64,000 bases of DNA from Octopus vulgaris. Lineage: Eukaryota. Where the stretch lies: positions 21,018,001 through 21,082,000 of the forward strand of contig OX597826.1 of the NCBI GenBank assembly GCA_951406725.2, written 5' to 3'. Position numbers and translations under genes: made by a program. Positions 1 through 13,850 of this stretch are shown in pieces. Within the stretch, counting starts at the first letter, position 1. Each line of letters starts with the position of its first letter. Under the pieces are notes generated by a model, which saw nothing but the letters and a program-made list of their open reading frames with translations, did not search any database and was not told where the DNA came from.

Positions 1-2230
1 TTTCGTGAGCTGAGGTGCAGTGACGTTGTTGAAGAAAGACCCAAACAAGGGGAATTTTATAGATAATTTCAAGCCCATCACTCTGCTCAACGCAGATTTG
101 AAAATTTTGGCCAAAGTAATGGCCGAGGGGTTGGAGCTTGTCATCGGTAAACTGGTCGACAAGGCGCAAAGATGCCCCGTGCCGGGCAGAACCATACATG
201 ACAACATCGTGGACAGGGTAGTTAAGGATCCTGGTATGGGTGGGGCGCTGATCAATTTGGATCAGTCTAAAGCTTTCGATAGGGTCGATCATCGGTACCG
301 GGCGGCCGTTCTCAGGGCGGCTGGCTTCGGTCCCGTCTTCCGCGGTTGGTTCGCTGCCTTGTATAGCGGCATCCGATCGGTAATTCGGGTGAACGGTCAC
401 CTGTCGAAACCGTTTGACATCACGCGTTCGGTCCGTCAGGGATGTCCCCTGTCAGCGCTTCTGTGTGTATTGACTCTCGAGCCGCTACTGCGGAAGCTGG
501 CGACACTGAAGGGCATCCCACGGGAACTGGGTTGCGGGACGAGCGTGTCGGCATATGCGGACGATATCACCGTCATAGCGTCGAGCGAAAAGCACATCCA
601 GATGATAGGCGAGACACTAAAAGAATACGAAACGGTGACGGGAGCGAAAATTAACCCGGAAAAGTCAGTGGGTTTGCTACTCGGCACCTGGAGAAGCAAG
701 CCCATACCGTCCAACAGCAAATCAGTAGTGGGACGCTGGACGGACGGACCGGTTAAATTGCTCGGGGTCTGGTTCAGTCCAGACCTCTAAATGGATAAGA
801 ACTGGGATGAGATCACGAGTAGAGTGGTCGCTCTCAGTCAAACATGGGCCGAGAGAAAGCTGTCTCTAAAAGGTCGGGCGGAGGTGGCGAACGCGTACAT
901 CGCATCCATCATCGAGTACCGCCTGACCGTCGTGCCTTGTTCCGATGTTACCATCACCAAACTGGAACGCATACTCTTCCGCTTTCTGTGGAAGGGTGGC
1001 GTTCCGATGGTGAGGCGGTCCATTTGCTGTCAACATCCGTTAAATGGAGGACTGGGCATGCCGTGGTTGATGATGCGCAGGCATGCGCTGAGACTGCGAC
1101 ATCTCTGGAACTTCATCGACGACGGTGAACAGGTGTGGGCGCCGCTTGTGAGGCGCGCCTTCCCGCAGCTCGTCTCACTGACAGAACTTCAAACATGGTC
1201 AAAAAGAGACCGAAACTGGGCGATTGGCACCGAGAGTGTCGCCAAGCTCTGCTGTTCGGGATCAAACGTCTGCAATTTCTAAACGATCGAAGCGTTCTAT
1301 AGAGGACTAGTGGAGGGGAGATCCGACGACACTCTCGGGGCAAAACTGGGCGTCAACGAGAAATTCGTAACCCGCCTTCGCAGGACGACTTTCGGGCCGG
1401 GGCCTATGGATAACTTCTAGAGATCCCTGGTTTGGCAATGCTATCGGGACGCACTACCGGTTCGAGAGAAGAGCAACAGACACGGTTCGAAAACCACCGA
1501 ACCGACCTGCCCGAGATGCGGTCAGAGCGACGAAACCGTTCTGTACGCACTCGTGCAATGTCCAGATATTTCAGAACCGTGGACCTTCATCGAACAGCTG
1601 TTGTCGCGTGTAGCACGGACCCGCTTATCGGCCGAGTCTATCGTGAATATTGTTCCGCCACCTTCCTTTAAACGGGAAGGAAAAACAGTTTTCATAACAC
1701 TAATAGCTATGGCGAAAGAATGCGTGTGGTGGACGCGTTTGAAAGGCCTACAAACAAACACTTTCCTCTCTGTCAGTCTCTCGTCAACTTTTTCAAGTAC
1801 CACTTGAAAAGGAGGATGAGAATAGAGAGGAAAGTATTGTCGAATAAAAGTTTCAATAAAAAATGGGTAAACGTGGCAAGAATGGTCTGTATGAAAGACG
1901 ACACCATTTTGAGCGTAAATCTGTAGCCAAAAGAGACAACGAGAGGTAAGATGACTTACTCATGTGTACATTTTGAACTGTCTGAGGTGACCTTGGTCTT
2001 TTTTGTAGGTTTTTCTTTCCAAGGCTACACCTAAACGATGAACAATATCGATCCCCCCCTCTTTTTGGGGTATACTTTATATATTTCTTTTTTATACACC
2101 ACATAACCCAAAGATCCCCATTGATCGACTTTTTCTTTGTGTGTCCCACCCATCCCACCTTGAAAAGAAAAACTCTACATAGTATTTCGTCAATTTTCTG
2201 TGTTTAGCCCTGTGTGGCCATAATAAAAAC
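1..2230 (+). mobile_element. L1/Tx1-clade non-LTR retrotransposon 3' half (RT, zinc knuckle, 3' UTR); disabled, runs off window start
   Basis: RT motifs FKPITLLNADLKILAK, LDQSKAFDRVDH, VRQGCPLS, AYADD. In-frame TAA at 788-790 splits ORFs 20..790 and 791..1282 (LSLKGR, GGLGMP). Frameshifts near 1200 and 1770. Zinc knuckle CPRCGQSDETVLYALVQC at ~1508-1561 (His replaced by Tyr). AATAAA at ~2223, then microsatellite. Confidence 0.93.
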
Positions 2231-2234
2231 ATAT

Positions 2235-2258
2235 ATGTTTATCTATCTATCTATCTAT

Positions 2259-2305
<47 letters not shown>

Positions 2306-2314
2306 TTATATATA

Positions 2315-2406
<92 letters not shown>

Positions 2407-2463
2407 GTATATGTGTGTATCTTTTCCGTGTGTTATTCAAGTCAATTCTGTACACACACACAC

Positions 2464-2521
<58 letters not shown>

Positions 2522-2538
2522 CTTTACTACCCACAAAG

Positions 2539-2580
<42 letters not shown>
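2235..2580. repeat. Compound (CTAT)n/(TA)n microsatellite at the LINE 3' end
   Basis: Direct reading. Confidence 0.95.
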
Positions 2581-2583
<3 letters not shown>

Positions 2584-2939
2584 TCTGATTACGATGTCTT
2601 TCTCATACATTACTAAGATGGTGATAACGATAATAAACAATATGTGTTTTGCTGAGAATCCCTATTCCCACCCTGCTGCTGCCAGTGTCCACTAATCGGT
2701 CAGTCACACACACATAGAATTAATCTTAAGATCAAACCATGACCCATTATTCCGTGTTATTTCCTCTTCCACACGTTAAAAACCTCGACACACCATCAAT
2801 ACAGAGTGCCATGATTTGGTCGTTGTTTCCACTGCAGACGTCAACGGCAACGGAATGGGTCATTGTTTTATGGTCTGTCATGTCTTGTCTTAATTAGAAA
2901 ATATCAAACTGGTTTTACAACCAGTTTTGAATCCATTCG

Positions 2940-3300
2940 TCTATTGATTTCACTCGTCGATCTGCAGAAAATGATAGCAAAATCGTCCTTAAAGACATAC
3001 TGAAAATTATTGTTCTAAGAAACCGGGTATTTGATTAAAGACGAGTTAATCGCGGGTGGAATGTCTTCGATCCAAGGTATGCTTGATCACAGCAGACCTG
3101 CACGTGGTTGCTTGGCTTGCTAGAAATAGCAGTGAAATCTGCCCAAATCATAACCAGTTGTCCTAAAAAATGGACATATCGGATAATGTAACTTGGAGTA
3201 CAGAATGGCCGAGATAAAACAGGGTGGTCGTCGTTAGAATGGGGGTTTATCATAGGTCTGCTGTCAGAACCAGCCTGGGGTTAAATATTAGCAACAGCAA
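2940..3300 (+). mobile_element. Old interspersed repeat (family D), probably two tandem decayed copies
   Basis: Motif gcttg..tgctagaaatagca..aaatc..caaatca..ggggYtaaa recurs at ~5280-5435, ~50500-50880 and reversed at ~11468-11540. Confidence 0.5.
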
Positions 3301-3341
3301 CATCTACAATGATGACCGCTTTTATGAGGTCAAGGGTTACT

Positions 3342-3406
3342 GTTTAGAGAAACTGAAGAGATGTCTAGTTCTCGCTAGATATGAAACCAATGTTTTTTTT
3401 CTAAAC
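3342..3406 (+). ncRNA. Minimal type I hammerhead ribozyme motif
   Basis: GTTTAGAGAAA-CTGAAGA-G-ATGTCTAG(TTCTCG)CTAGATAT-GAAA-C(CAAT)G-TT-TTTTTTCTAAAC: 11-bp stem I, CUGANGA, 8-bp stem II, GAAA, 2-bp stem III, GUU site. Confidence 0.7.
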
Positions 3407-3444
3407 TATTACGTTACACATACAAATATGTATATATATATATA

Positions 3445-3836
3445 TTCCTTTATTCTTTTATTCTTTTACTTATTTCAGTCATCTGACTGCGGCCCTGCTG
3501 GAGTACCGCCTTTTTTAGTCGAAGAAACCGACCCCAGGACTTATTCTTTGTAAGCCTGGTGCTTATTCTAACGTATCTCTTTTGCCGAACCACTAAGTTG
3601 CGGGGACGTAAACACACCAACATCGGTTGTCAAGCAAAGGGGGTGGGGACAAACACAGACACACACACATATATACGACGGGCTTCTTTTAGTTTCCATC
3701 TACCAAATCTACTCATGAGTCTTTTGGTCGGGCCGAGGTCATAGAAGACACTTGCTCAAGGTGCCATGCAGTGGGACTGAACCCGGAACCATGTGGTTGA
3801 GAAGCAAGCTTCTTACCCCACAGCCCCACCTGCGCC
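3445..3836 (-). mobile_element. tRNA-derived SINE family A, near full length
   Basis: Minus-strand head GGCGCAGGTGGGGCTGTGGGGTAAGAAGC...GGGTTCAGTCCC (A/B-box-like); collinear with copies at 22875-23391 and 62431-62877. Confidence 0.9.
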
Positions 3837-3840
3837 CATG

Positions 3841-3930
3841 AAAAAATATGGAACGCTTCACGACTTAGCGTCTCCCTGCTAATCCTCTCTGTATGGTTCC
3901 AATTTTAGTATATGTATTGCCAAAACATAC
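3841..3930 (-). pseudogene. U6: U6 snRNA pseudogene with internal (ISL) deletion
   Basis: Reverse complement reads GGCAATACATATACTAAAATTGGAACCATACAGAGAGGATTAGCAGGGAGACGCTAAGTCGTGAAGCGTTCCATATTTTTT. It matches metazoan U6 apart from point changes and loss of most of TGGCCCCTGCGCAAGGATGAC. Confidence 0.92.
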
Positions 3931-4005
3931 ATATTTATATTTATATCTATATATATATGTATGTATATGTTTGTGTGTATGTAGGCTTGTGTGAGTGTGT
4001 GTGTG

Positions 4006-4070
<65 letters not shown>

Positions 4071-4964
4071 CTACTTAGGTAGATATGTGCGTACGTATAT
4101 TCCTAACTATTTTTTGCAACAATCAGAGTTGCACACAAACTGCAAAAGACAACACAAAATGGAAGACAAATACTGTACAGTGAACAAGGAAAGGACAACT
4201 ATTTTTAAAAGTTAGAAGTAAAGCAGTGATGTTAATATGCCAAATCGGTGTTGCTGTTCTTTAGGAGTCTAATAGGCAGAGATATTTTCAGAGAAAGCGC
4301 CAGTAGGTTTGGAAGTGACACACAGCGAAAAGTTGAGAAGTTTAAAACAATGACCATCTTATATTGTGACGGAATCATACACAACACAGTCACAAAAGCA
4401 AATTTCGTTTTTGTTTATAAACTTGCCAAATAAAACCTATTTTCCTAAGAAACCGTCTGCGTAGACAAATATTATTTTGGAAGATCTCAAAACTCGATAA
4501 GTTTCCGTCTCTATTGCTGGCCTCTAGCGAAGTCCTCCCTCTTTGCTTTTACAAGTCTCTCCAAGAATTGTTAATATTTTTTGTTCGTTCCACAACTTCG
4601 GAATTTATCTTCAAGCTTTCTCTTGACATATTGTATTTGTCCGCAAATAACAGAGAAGAGTCTTTGTTTCAAGGAAGAAACAGTTCTTCGTCTTCGTAAT
4701 TGTCAACTGCCTTATCTTCGAAATTCCTTGCCACCATAATTCCATAGTTATCAATTTTGTCGCATTATGTCCTATATTGGACTTAATTAACAACAACATT
4801 CCCCATACGCCCCATACACACCCTTCCCTTCTCTAACAACAATTCCCCCCCCCCCATACACACACACACACAACACATTATCTCTCATAGAAAGCTTTTC
4901 ATTTTTACTGTCTCATTGATTCCGGCCAGCTTCTGACTGTTGATTTACTTGTTACTTCTTCTTC

Positions 4965-4979
4965 TTCTTCTTCTTCTTC

Positions 4980-5036
<57 letters not shown>

Positions 5037-5042
5037 TTATTA

Positions 5043-5140
<98 letters not shown>
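4965..5140. repeat. (TTC)n-(ATT)n microsatellite
   Basis: Direct reading; source of poly-I/poly-N pseudo-ORFs. Confidence 0.97.
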
Positions 5141-5141
<1 letters not shown>

Positions 5142-5505
5142 CCATCCCACCAAAGCGTCGTCGTCGTCATCGTCACCGCCATTGTCTATCCTCATCGCAG
5201 CCACCATTCCGATACCCAACATCAAAGTCACCGCCACCACCACCATCACTTATGTAAACTGACGGAACCGGCCTCTACTAAATCGCTTGATTTGCTAGAA
5301 GTAGTAGTCTAATTCCTCCAACTCACATCCTGTCAACTTACAAAAGTAGGGCCTATTGCAAAGATAGGCAGGATAGTAATGGACGGAACTCCTTTCATCA
5401 CAAATTCGCAGGATCAAGACTTGAGCTGTAGTAAACCACATACGCACGAACGCGACACTCGCGGCGCATTTACATATATTTATATGTGCTTACTTATACA
5501 CACAT

Positions 5506-5624
<119 letters not shown>

Positions 5625-5836
5625 CACTTACATACAGCCTTAATAAAATGTTGGTGCTACTCGCTGCCCCAGCCAGGGTGTAGGAAGATTAACTCAAATG
5701 ACGTTAATTTTCTATGGTTTTTTGAGGCGTTATGGGTTTGCAGTTCTTCACTAATCTAAGCAATATTGTTAGCCTGGTGTCTCAACAGAGAGCTTATGAA
5801 GTATTTTGCCCCGATTGATATTCCCTCACTATTTGT

Positions 5837-5946
<110 letters not shown>

Positions 5947-5984
5947 TGTATGTATGTATGTATGTATGTATGTATGTATGTGTT

Positions 5985-6677
<693 letters not shown>

Positions 6678-7613
6678 TATATGTATATATGTATGTGTGT
6701 GTTTGAGCGCGCGCCATGTAATATTGAGTGTAGTACAGAATTACTTCTCATTTGGTAACAAGTACCAGAAATTATTTAACAAGCACTTAGTGAAAGTTGA
6801 CTAAAATTGTACAAACAGCATCAAGGATTTCCAGCATCACCACAAGATATTACAAAATCAGGCGTCTGCTCTTTAACGAATTCTGGAATTCTGGAAGTGT
6901 ATCCACATCAACGCATATCCATTTTAGGCAAATCCATTGACAAGAAGAAATTGTGCTGAAGGATAGTTAACAGAGTACAAATCAACGAATTTATTTAGAG
7001 TTAAAAGAATGCACCTTTAAGACAAGGTATATACATCACATATATTCTTTTAGATACATAGAAAAAAGAAACAGTGTCTCTCTTTTTCAATGTATCTCAA
7101 CTCTGGCAGGTATAGATACCACTGGCCATAATGATACTATAGTCAGAGGTTGAATATGTCAAACCTTATCTACCAGCTTAACTACTTGTAGAAAACTGCC
7201 CATATTCACCTTTCATAACATGTAGAATTTGGGAACTGAGCAAATTTCGAAGTATTGTCACCTAAACAAGTTAATCTGCGAACTTTATTTTGTCCGCAGT
7301 CAGAATATTTTGCAGTTTTATAAGTGAAATGTTTTTGAATTTTTTTTAATGCTGTTTGAAGTTATTTGAGAACATGGAATTCTTTTCTTGAAGGACATTT
7401 GTCTTTAAACATTCTCTTGTAGCTTAGTGTTGTTCAAAAATATTTCGCAGGAAACTGGAAATCTAACTAAATTGATATTTCTTCATTATAAGAAAAACAA
7501 TCTTCTATTTTTCCATTGAATCATGTACAACATTTTGCCATATTTTACTTAATTTTATTCTTTAAATGTTTTAAAAGAACTGATCAGCTATTTTCTATAT
7601 ACTGTCAACATAC

Positions 7614-7666
<53 letters not shown>

Positions 7667-7984
7667 TGTGTGTGTCTTTCTTTTATTCTTCAATATTCCG
7701 TCAGCAAAAATACATTCACCTTCTTTCTCCTTTCTTCAGTCAGTTGCTTGTATAACCATAACCCTTATATTTACTTACTCGTTTTCCCTCTCCTCCCTAA
7801 TAAATATACCATTTCTCCATAACGTTAGAGTTACGAAATTTGGTCTGTAATTTATAAGACCTATAGTTCTATTGAAACACCGTAACACGAAACTCGGAGT
7901 AACAACGCTGTAAAATCCCAACTATAATCTCTATTATTATAATGAGCTAAAATTTATGTTAAATACTTTTACCTCATGTCTGTG

Positions 7985-8034
<50 letters not shown>

Positions 8035-8429
8035 AAATACAAATGCATGCATGCGTTGTATATACAAATATACATGCGCGTGAATACATACATATATGCA
8101 TATATGTACATGAATTCTTGCATATACACATGCTTCCACCATAATCATTGGAATAAGTATTACCAGGATCCATTTAATAGGCTATATACACACGTCATTT
8201 AACGTATCCTATGCACCCTCTATAACCAGGCTATATAAAGCTAAACCACAACGACCGTTGCTGGCAATCGATCAGGTCTTTTTATCAGCATGTACCATGC
8301 TTTCGTAAATGTTTGTAGGTGCCTGTGTAGTAGTGAGTAAGTCCAAGCACTCTCCCAGCTCTCCTACATTTGATCGGGTAGAATATCCAAGATGTGATGC
8401 TTGTGAGGTGGGTGGTACCATTATCTGAT

Positions 8430-8560
8430 TGGTACTTTATCTATCGACCTTGAAACGATAAAAGGCAAAGTTGACCTCGGCAGGATTTGAACTCAGAGTT
8501 CAAAGAGCCGGAACATTCAACGCTAGGCATATTCTATTCTGCATTCTTACAAATCTGTTA
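8430..8560 (-). mobile_element. SINE family B fragment
   Basis: ggtactttatctatcgacc..aaaggcaaagttgacctcggcaggatttgaactcagag is the reverse of the family B core at 42333-42548. Confidence 0.75.
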
Positions 8561-9018
8561 ATCGATCCCCATATACACCCTCTATTAATGGGCCATGTAC
8601 ACCCTGTATTCTGTAGGGCGCATACACTCAATATGACACAAGGAATCGGCTTCTATGGTTATTAGTGGTAAGGGTGGCTGTGATGGGGCTTTGATGGGGA
8701 TGGTGGCGTTAGTGGTGGTGGGGTAGCAGTAATGGTAGTTATTGACAGTAGTGTTGGTGATGGTGGTAGTGGTGGTGGAGTTAGTGATGATGGTAGTAGG
8801 GGTGGCGCATGTGGAAGGGAGAGATGATGATAATGATGGTGATGATGATGGCAATAGAGGATTTGGAGAGAAAAGTATGATGAAAATGAGATAGATACAG
8901 AAAAAAGAGGAATTTTAATATTGATTCAATAATTCTTCCAAGTGTAAAGTTATTGAGATAAAATAATACTACAGGGAAATATATAAAATAGAAACACGGT
9001 GTAAGTGTGGCTTGTTGA

Positions 9019-9058
<40 letters not shown>

Positions 9059-9291
9059 AGTTTTGGTTTTTGTTGGGGAAGAATAAAAATTCATATTCAA
9101 TGAAAAACCTCTTGAAGTGAAAACGTTTAGTTGATTTTAGCGCTTGAGATTATTGTTTGCGAGAAATATGTATGTAAAATATGAACAAAAGATGGGGTGG
9201 GATGCAATTTGATAGGTTGTGAATATATAAGCACAGGAGAGGTTGAGGAAGGGAGATAAAAAGATGGAGATAGAAACTGCAAGAGAGATGC

Positions 9292-9328
<37 letters not shown>

Positions 9329-9364
9329 CATAAACATATACACGTATATATGAATACATACATG

Positions 9365-9398
<34 letters not shown>

Positions 9399-9439
9399 GA
9401 TGGATGTATACATATACATATGTATGCATATACATAAAC

Positions 9440-9491
<52 letters not shown>

Positions 9492-9779
9492 GCGCAGTGT
9501 GGGGAGTAGCAAGGCTGGTAAAGAGCTTTTAAACGAGAAAAAATATAGAAAGACATTAATGTGAAAATATGCGAGTGCAAACGAAATTGCACGTCAGCTC
9601 TTTCTTTGATTCATTAAAACCAAGTAGCCATAATAATAAAGTGTGATATGCGTGAACGGTTTTGTGGTTACTTTCAGTAACAGTTCACTGATTGGCCGTA
9701 TAGCCTGCATTATGAATTTCATAAAGAGCTCGGTTCTTTTTAGCTGAGAGCTTCAGAACGACGGAAGCTAGCTACCTCA

Positions 9780-9824
<45 letters not shown>

Positions 9825-11771
9825 CACAACTTCACAACCAAAAACATACAACAATAAATGCTTGCACTCTAATATTGCAAGTAAATGCATCATTGAGGAA
9901 TGCAGCAATTAAAACAAACAAAAAAAGGTGCGTTTTTTTTTTGTCGTTTTTTTGCGTGTGCTGTATCTCTGCTCTTTCTCTGAAATAATATCACCAGTAC
10001 AAACAAATAAACAAACAAAATGAAGAAAGGCAAAAAAAAAACAAAAAAAAAAAACAACAAAAACTTTGGCGAATACATTATTATAAGAAGAGTTTTTCAT
10101 TTCATGTCAATGTATTTTGTGTGGAAACTAATCTCTGCCGGGAACCCACGACATTTTCATTTGTTTCGATCGACTTGTTGATTCTGGCTAATGTTTTTCT
10201 CCCAGTCATTATGTTGTCGATTTAGCGTAAGGTAAACGGCAGAAGGAAAGAAGGAAACTGCAGTAATATTCTTATAAGAGGAAGGCATTCAACAGTGTTG
10301 GTACGTTTCACAAACTCGAGACTCTCATCTAAAGAAAATAACCAAAGAAAATAGAAAGAAAGAAAAAAAGAAGAAACAACGGATAAATAGGAAAGGATTA
10401 GGTTTACTTCGTAAACTGATAATATTTTCAATATGGCATATCCTTTATTGTCAGTCTCAGCAAGCGAGATGACATTAGGCAGACTCGAGCAAAAAATATA
10501 AAGATGGCTGCAATTAGCTTGATAACTCGCCTTCTTTTCCGCTTGGTCAAACATGGCCGCCACACTCTGAGTCAGAATGTCAACTGCTGTTAATGAGAGG
10601 TTAATGTTACGTAGTAAATAGACTTTGCTAAGTTTTAGAGGCTCTGTAAGGAAAAACACGAAACTATAGATTGTGATATAATTTCCTCACGTGACTGACT
10701 GGCGGCATCAGAACGACTCGGCTACTTTGTTCCAGGTAACCAAGCCTACTTTATGTTGCATAAGCTAATGAGAATGTCTGACTAATGGCGATAAAAACTC
10801 TTCTGTAGTGGGAAGTTATACAAAGGAGAGTTTTATGTTGGAATTGTTTAGAAAAAGAAATCTTTGATTTTATAAATAAAGTTTAATTCAAGTTCATTTT
10901 TTTTTTTTTGCTTAAATTCTTTGTAATTATTTAAATAGTAAAAACGCCAAGAAAAAGTTGGTCGAATGATGGATTCACAACTAATTCACATCAATTTTCG
11001 ACTCCTGAATACAAATAAACCGATGTAGTCTCAGGAAGTCACCGCCAAAATATTCTGTTTTTAATTTGTCTTATATCGGAGTTTTATAGTCCATCCTTAA
11101 TTAGAGAAACAACTAAATATATTAATTAATTAAAAACTAATTAAGAAAACACGACAAAACAAACTGATATTGTTTTTTATTATATAGATATTGTTTAGGA
11201 ATGTAACAAAACGTTTGGTGGTGGTTTAAATAGCTTCTTTATTCTTTATAACAACATTTATGAAGTAAGAATGGTTGTGTCATAACGTCTATGACAGTCA
11301 TAACGTGTGTGACATATGTATAGCTGTCATAACATGTATGTCGTAGGTGTGACTGTGCTAGAATTACTATGATGCAAGTCACAAAAGTCGAAGAAATATT
11401 TATTGAAAAATTGGTCGAAATATCTGATGATAATGACGACGACGACAATGATGATGATGATGATGATGTTTAGCCCTAGTTCAGTCCTGATCTGGCAAAC
11501 TTATAATAAAAAGTGGTCCCGTTGTGACCTACGCATTTTCTATTTCTAGCACATCGAACGTCCACGTAGGCATCGGGGCAAAAAAGTTTGGTGGTGTTTA
11601 GTCGGTGTTCTTTATGTTGTGATTTCAAATCCCATAAAGGTCAACATTGCCTTTCTTCCCTCGAGGGTTAATAAAATAAGTACCAGTGGAATACTGGGGT
11701 CAATGGTTTTGTGTCTATGTCTATCTAAGAGATCAATATATGTAGATATGACTCTGTGTGTGTGTGTGTGC

Positions 11772-11812
<41 letters not shown>

Positions 11813-11889
11813 TGTGTGTGTGTTTGTGCATATGTGCACGCGCGCGTATGCGTGTCTGTGTGGTTCTCCAACGCTTGGCGAGAAGCATT

Positions 11890-12215
11890 CAGTTATTTAA
11901 TCAAGTGAATTATCTGCTGATTAAATTCGTGTAAATGTGTCCGAGTATTCCACGGACACATCTACTCTTAAAGTAATTCTAAGGCAGAATCATTGTGACA
12001 TAAAGAGATTGGCAAATCTTCCTCACTGAATTACTGGTACGATTCATGCGGCAGGATTCTACTCAGTTTCCGTTGACCCACTTTCGCTGACATGATTTGG
12101 GTAGAGTCGGAGGAGAAATTGAAATCAATCAGAATGCGATGCAGTGAGATCAAACCATAGAACCCACGACTTCCTAGAGACCAAGCGAACTTCTTAACCA
12201 TTCAGCCATATACGT
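11890..12215 (-). mobile_element. Decayed SINE (family C-like body, family A-like head)
   Basis: Similar to 22400-22530 and to the family A head (cttcttaaccattcagccat). Confidence 0.5.
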
Positions 12216-12229
12216 GTCTATGTATACAC

Positions 12230-12336
<107 letters not shown>

Positions 12337-12365
12337 GTATATATATATATATATATATATACATA

Positions 12366-12490
12366 CAGGGTGCGGTGAATAAGCTGTCGGCTAAATTACA
12401 CAAAAATGAAAATAACTTTGTCATCTTATTTTAACAAATATATTTAATTAAACGATTTGGGCCAAGATGGAAAAGAAGGCTGCAAGGATG
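12366..12490 (+). mobile_element. Possible Tc1-like terminal fragment
   Basis: TA followed by CAGGGTGCGGTGAATAAG at the end of a (TA)n tract, then an IWAKMEKKAA-like coding relic; no partner TIR seen. Confidence 0.4.
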
Positions 12491-12499
12491 AACATATAG

Positions 12500-13596
12500 G
12501 AAGCGTACAAGTTTTGAAGAGTGCAGTTCGATTTTAACAGTTATTTTTTTTCAAAGCCATAATGGAAGTGACAAAGGAGTATATTCAGCATATTTTGCTT
12601 TAGGAGTTCAATAAAGGCAACAACGCAATGGAGAATGCGAGGAATATTAATGCAGTATATGGGAATCGGAAAATAAGCATAATCCAGGGTCAACAGGGGT
12701 TCTAGAAATCCCAAGCCACAAACCACAGCCTAAGAAGACGAGCCTCGTCCTGGAAGATCTGTAGAGTTCTACAAGGACGTCCTGCAAACCCTGGTAGAAC
12801 AAAATCCCGTCGTAACTGTTGAGAAACTAGCAGAGAAGCATGGATCTGGTCATTCAACCATTCGTCGACGCCTGCCATCGGAAAAGTCAGCAAGTTGGGT
12901 CAATGGGTTCCTCACAAACTTCCCGAGTCTAATCGCATACTGTTACGTCACACAAATGAGGCCGTTTTGGACCGAATAGTGACTGGTCAGGAGAAATGAG
13001 TTCTCTACAAAAATGTCAAGCGCCGAAGACAGTGGAAAGGAGAAACACCAGCAACCCAGGCTAAAGAAGGTCTTCACCCACGTTTGGTGGGATATGAAAG
13101 GTTTAGTCCACTTTGAACTTTTAAACCCAAACCAAACAATAACAAAGGAGATCTACTGCGCGGAGCTTGAGCAGCTTATGTCAAACCTAGAAGAAAAACG
13201 ACCATCTTTGGTTTCAAGACGAAAGGTGTTCTTCCATCAGGATAATGCTTGGCGACATAGAGCAAGGATGACATTCCAAAGGCTGGAGCAGTTTGAATGG
13301 GAAATGATGCCCCACCCACCATATTTGCCAGACATTGCCCCATCTGATTATCATTTATTCCGCAGTCTTCAAAATCATTTGGACGGAAAAATGTGAATTC
13401 TGTAGACGAGATCAGAACAGTACTGGAGGAGTCCTTTTCGTCACGGACAAGTGAATTTTGAAAGAGGAGCCTTGCAAGTCTACCAGATAGATGAAAAATT
13501 ATATTTTAGATTAAAAAAAGAACTTTGTTTATCTTAATTTTGCAAGATAAAAGAATTATTTTTAAAAAAACGCATTATTTATGGGATGACGCAATA
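12500..13596 (+). mobile_element. Mariner (DD34D-type) transposon, pseudogenised transposase, left TIR missing
   Basis: ATG at 12562 MEVTKEYIQHILL*EFNKG; QWVPHK at 12901; IVTGQEK*; HQDNA; HPPYLPDIAPSDYHLFRSL. Right TIR-like end cgcattatttatgggatgacgcaaTA at 13571-13596. Confidence 0.92.
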
Positions 13597-13599
13597 TAT

Positions 13600-13850
13600 A
13601 CGATGGCTGTCCGCTTGTAACTGCAGATCAGATGATACTGCAGACGAAACTGCCTCCATTCACTACACTAATGGTGTGTCTTTCGAGCAGCTCACTTCAG
13701 TTGAGTACTGCTTCCTTTACTCCTTTCCTCCAATAGTGGCGATGACAAGCATGACTTCCCCAGTTCATCTTCCATATCTCGCATGCCTTCAAAGAGGACT
13801 TTATGCAATCCTTAAACCATAGAATTGGTTTCCCTTGGGAGCATCTTCCG
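13600..13850 (-). mobile_element. RTE-clade LINE C-terminal fragment
   Basis: Minus translation RCSQGKPILWFKDCIKSSLKACEI..WGSHACHRHYWRKGV resembles the RTE G.P..R.KD..K..L...W...A.DR..WR pattern. Confidence 0.65.

Noticed and set aside
8670-8700. Resemblance to miR-2 arms
   Set aside because: Lies in GT-rich low-complexity sequence and forms no precursor hairpin.
10297-10335. Minus-strand TAGATGA..GAAACGTA hammerhead-like text
   Set aside because: No credible stem I or stem II.
10222-10659. 145-aa minus-strand ORF
   Set aside because: No recognisable domain, non-ATG start, includes low-complexity sequence.
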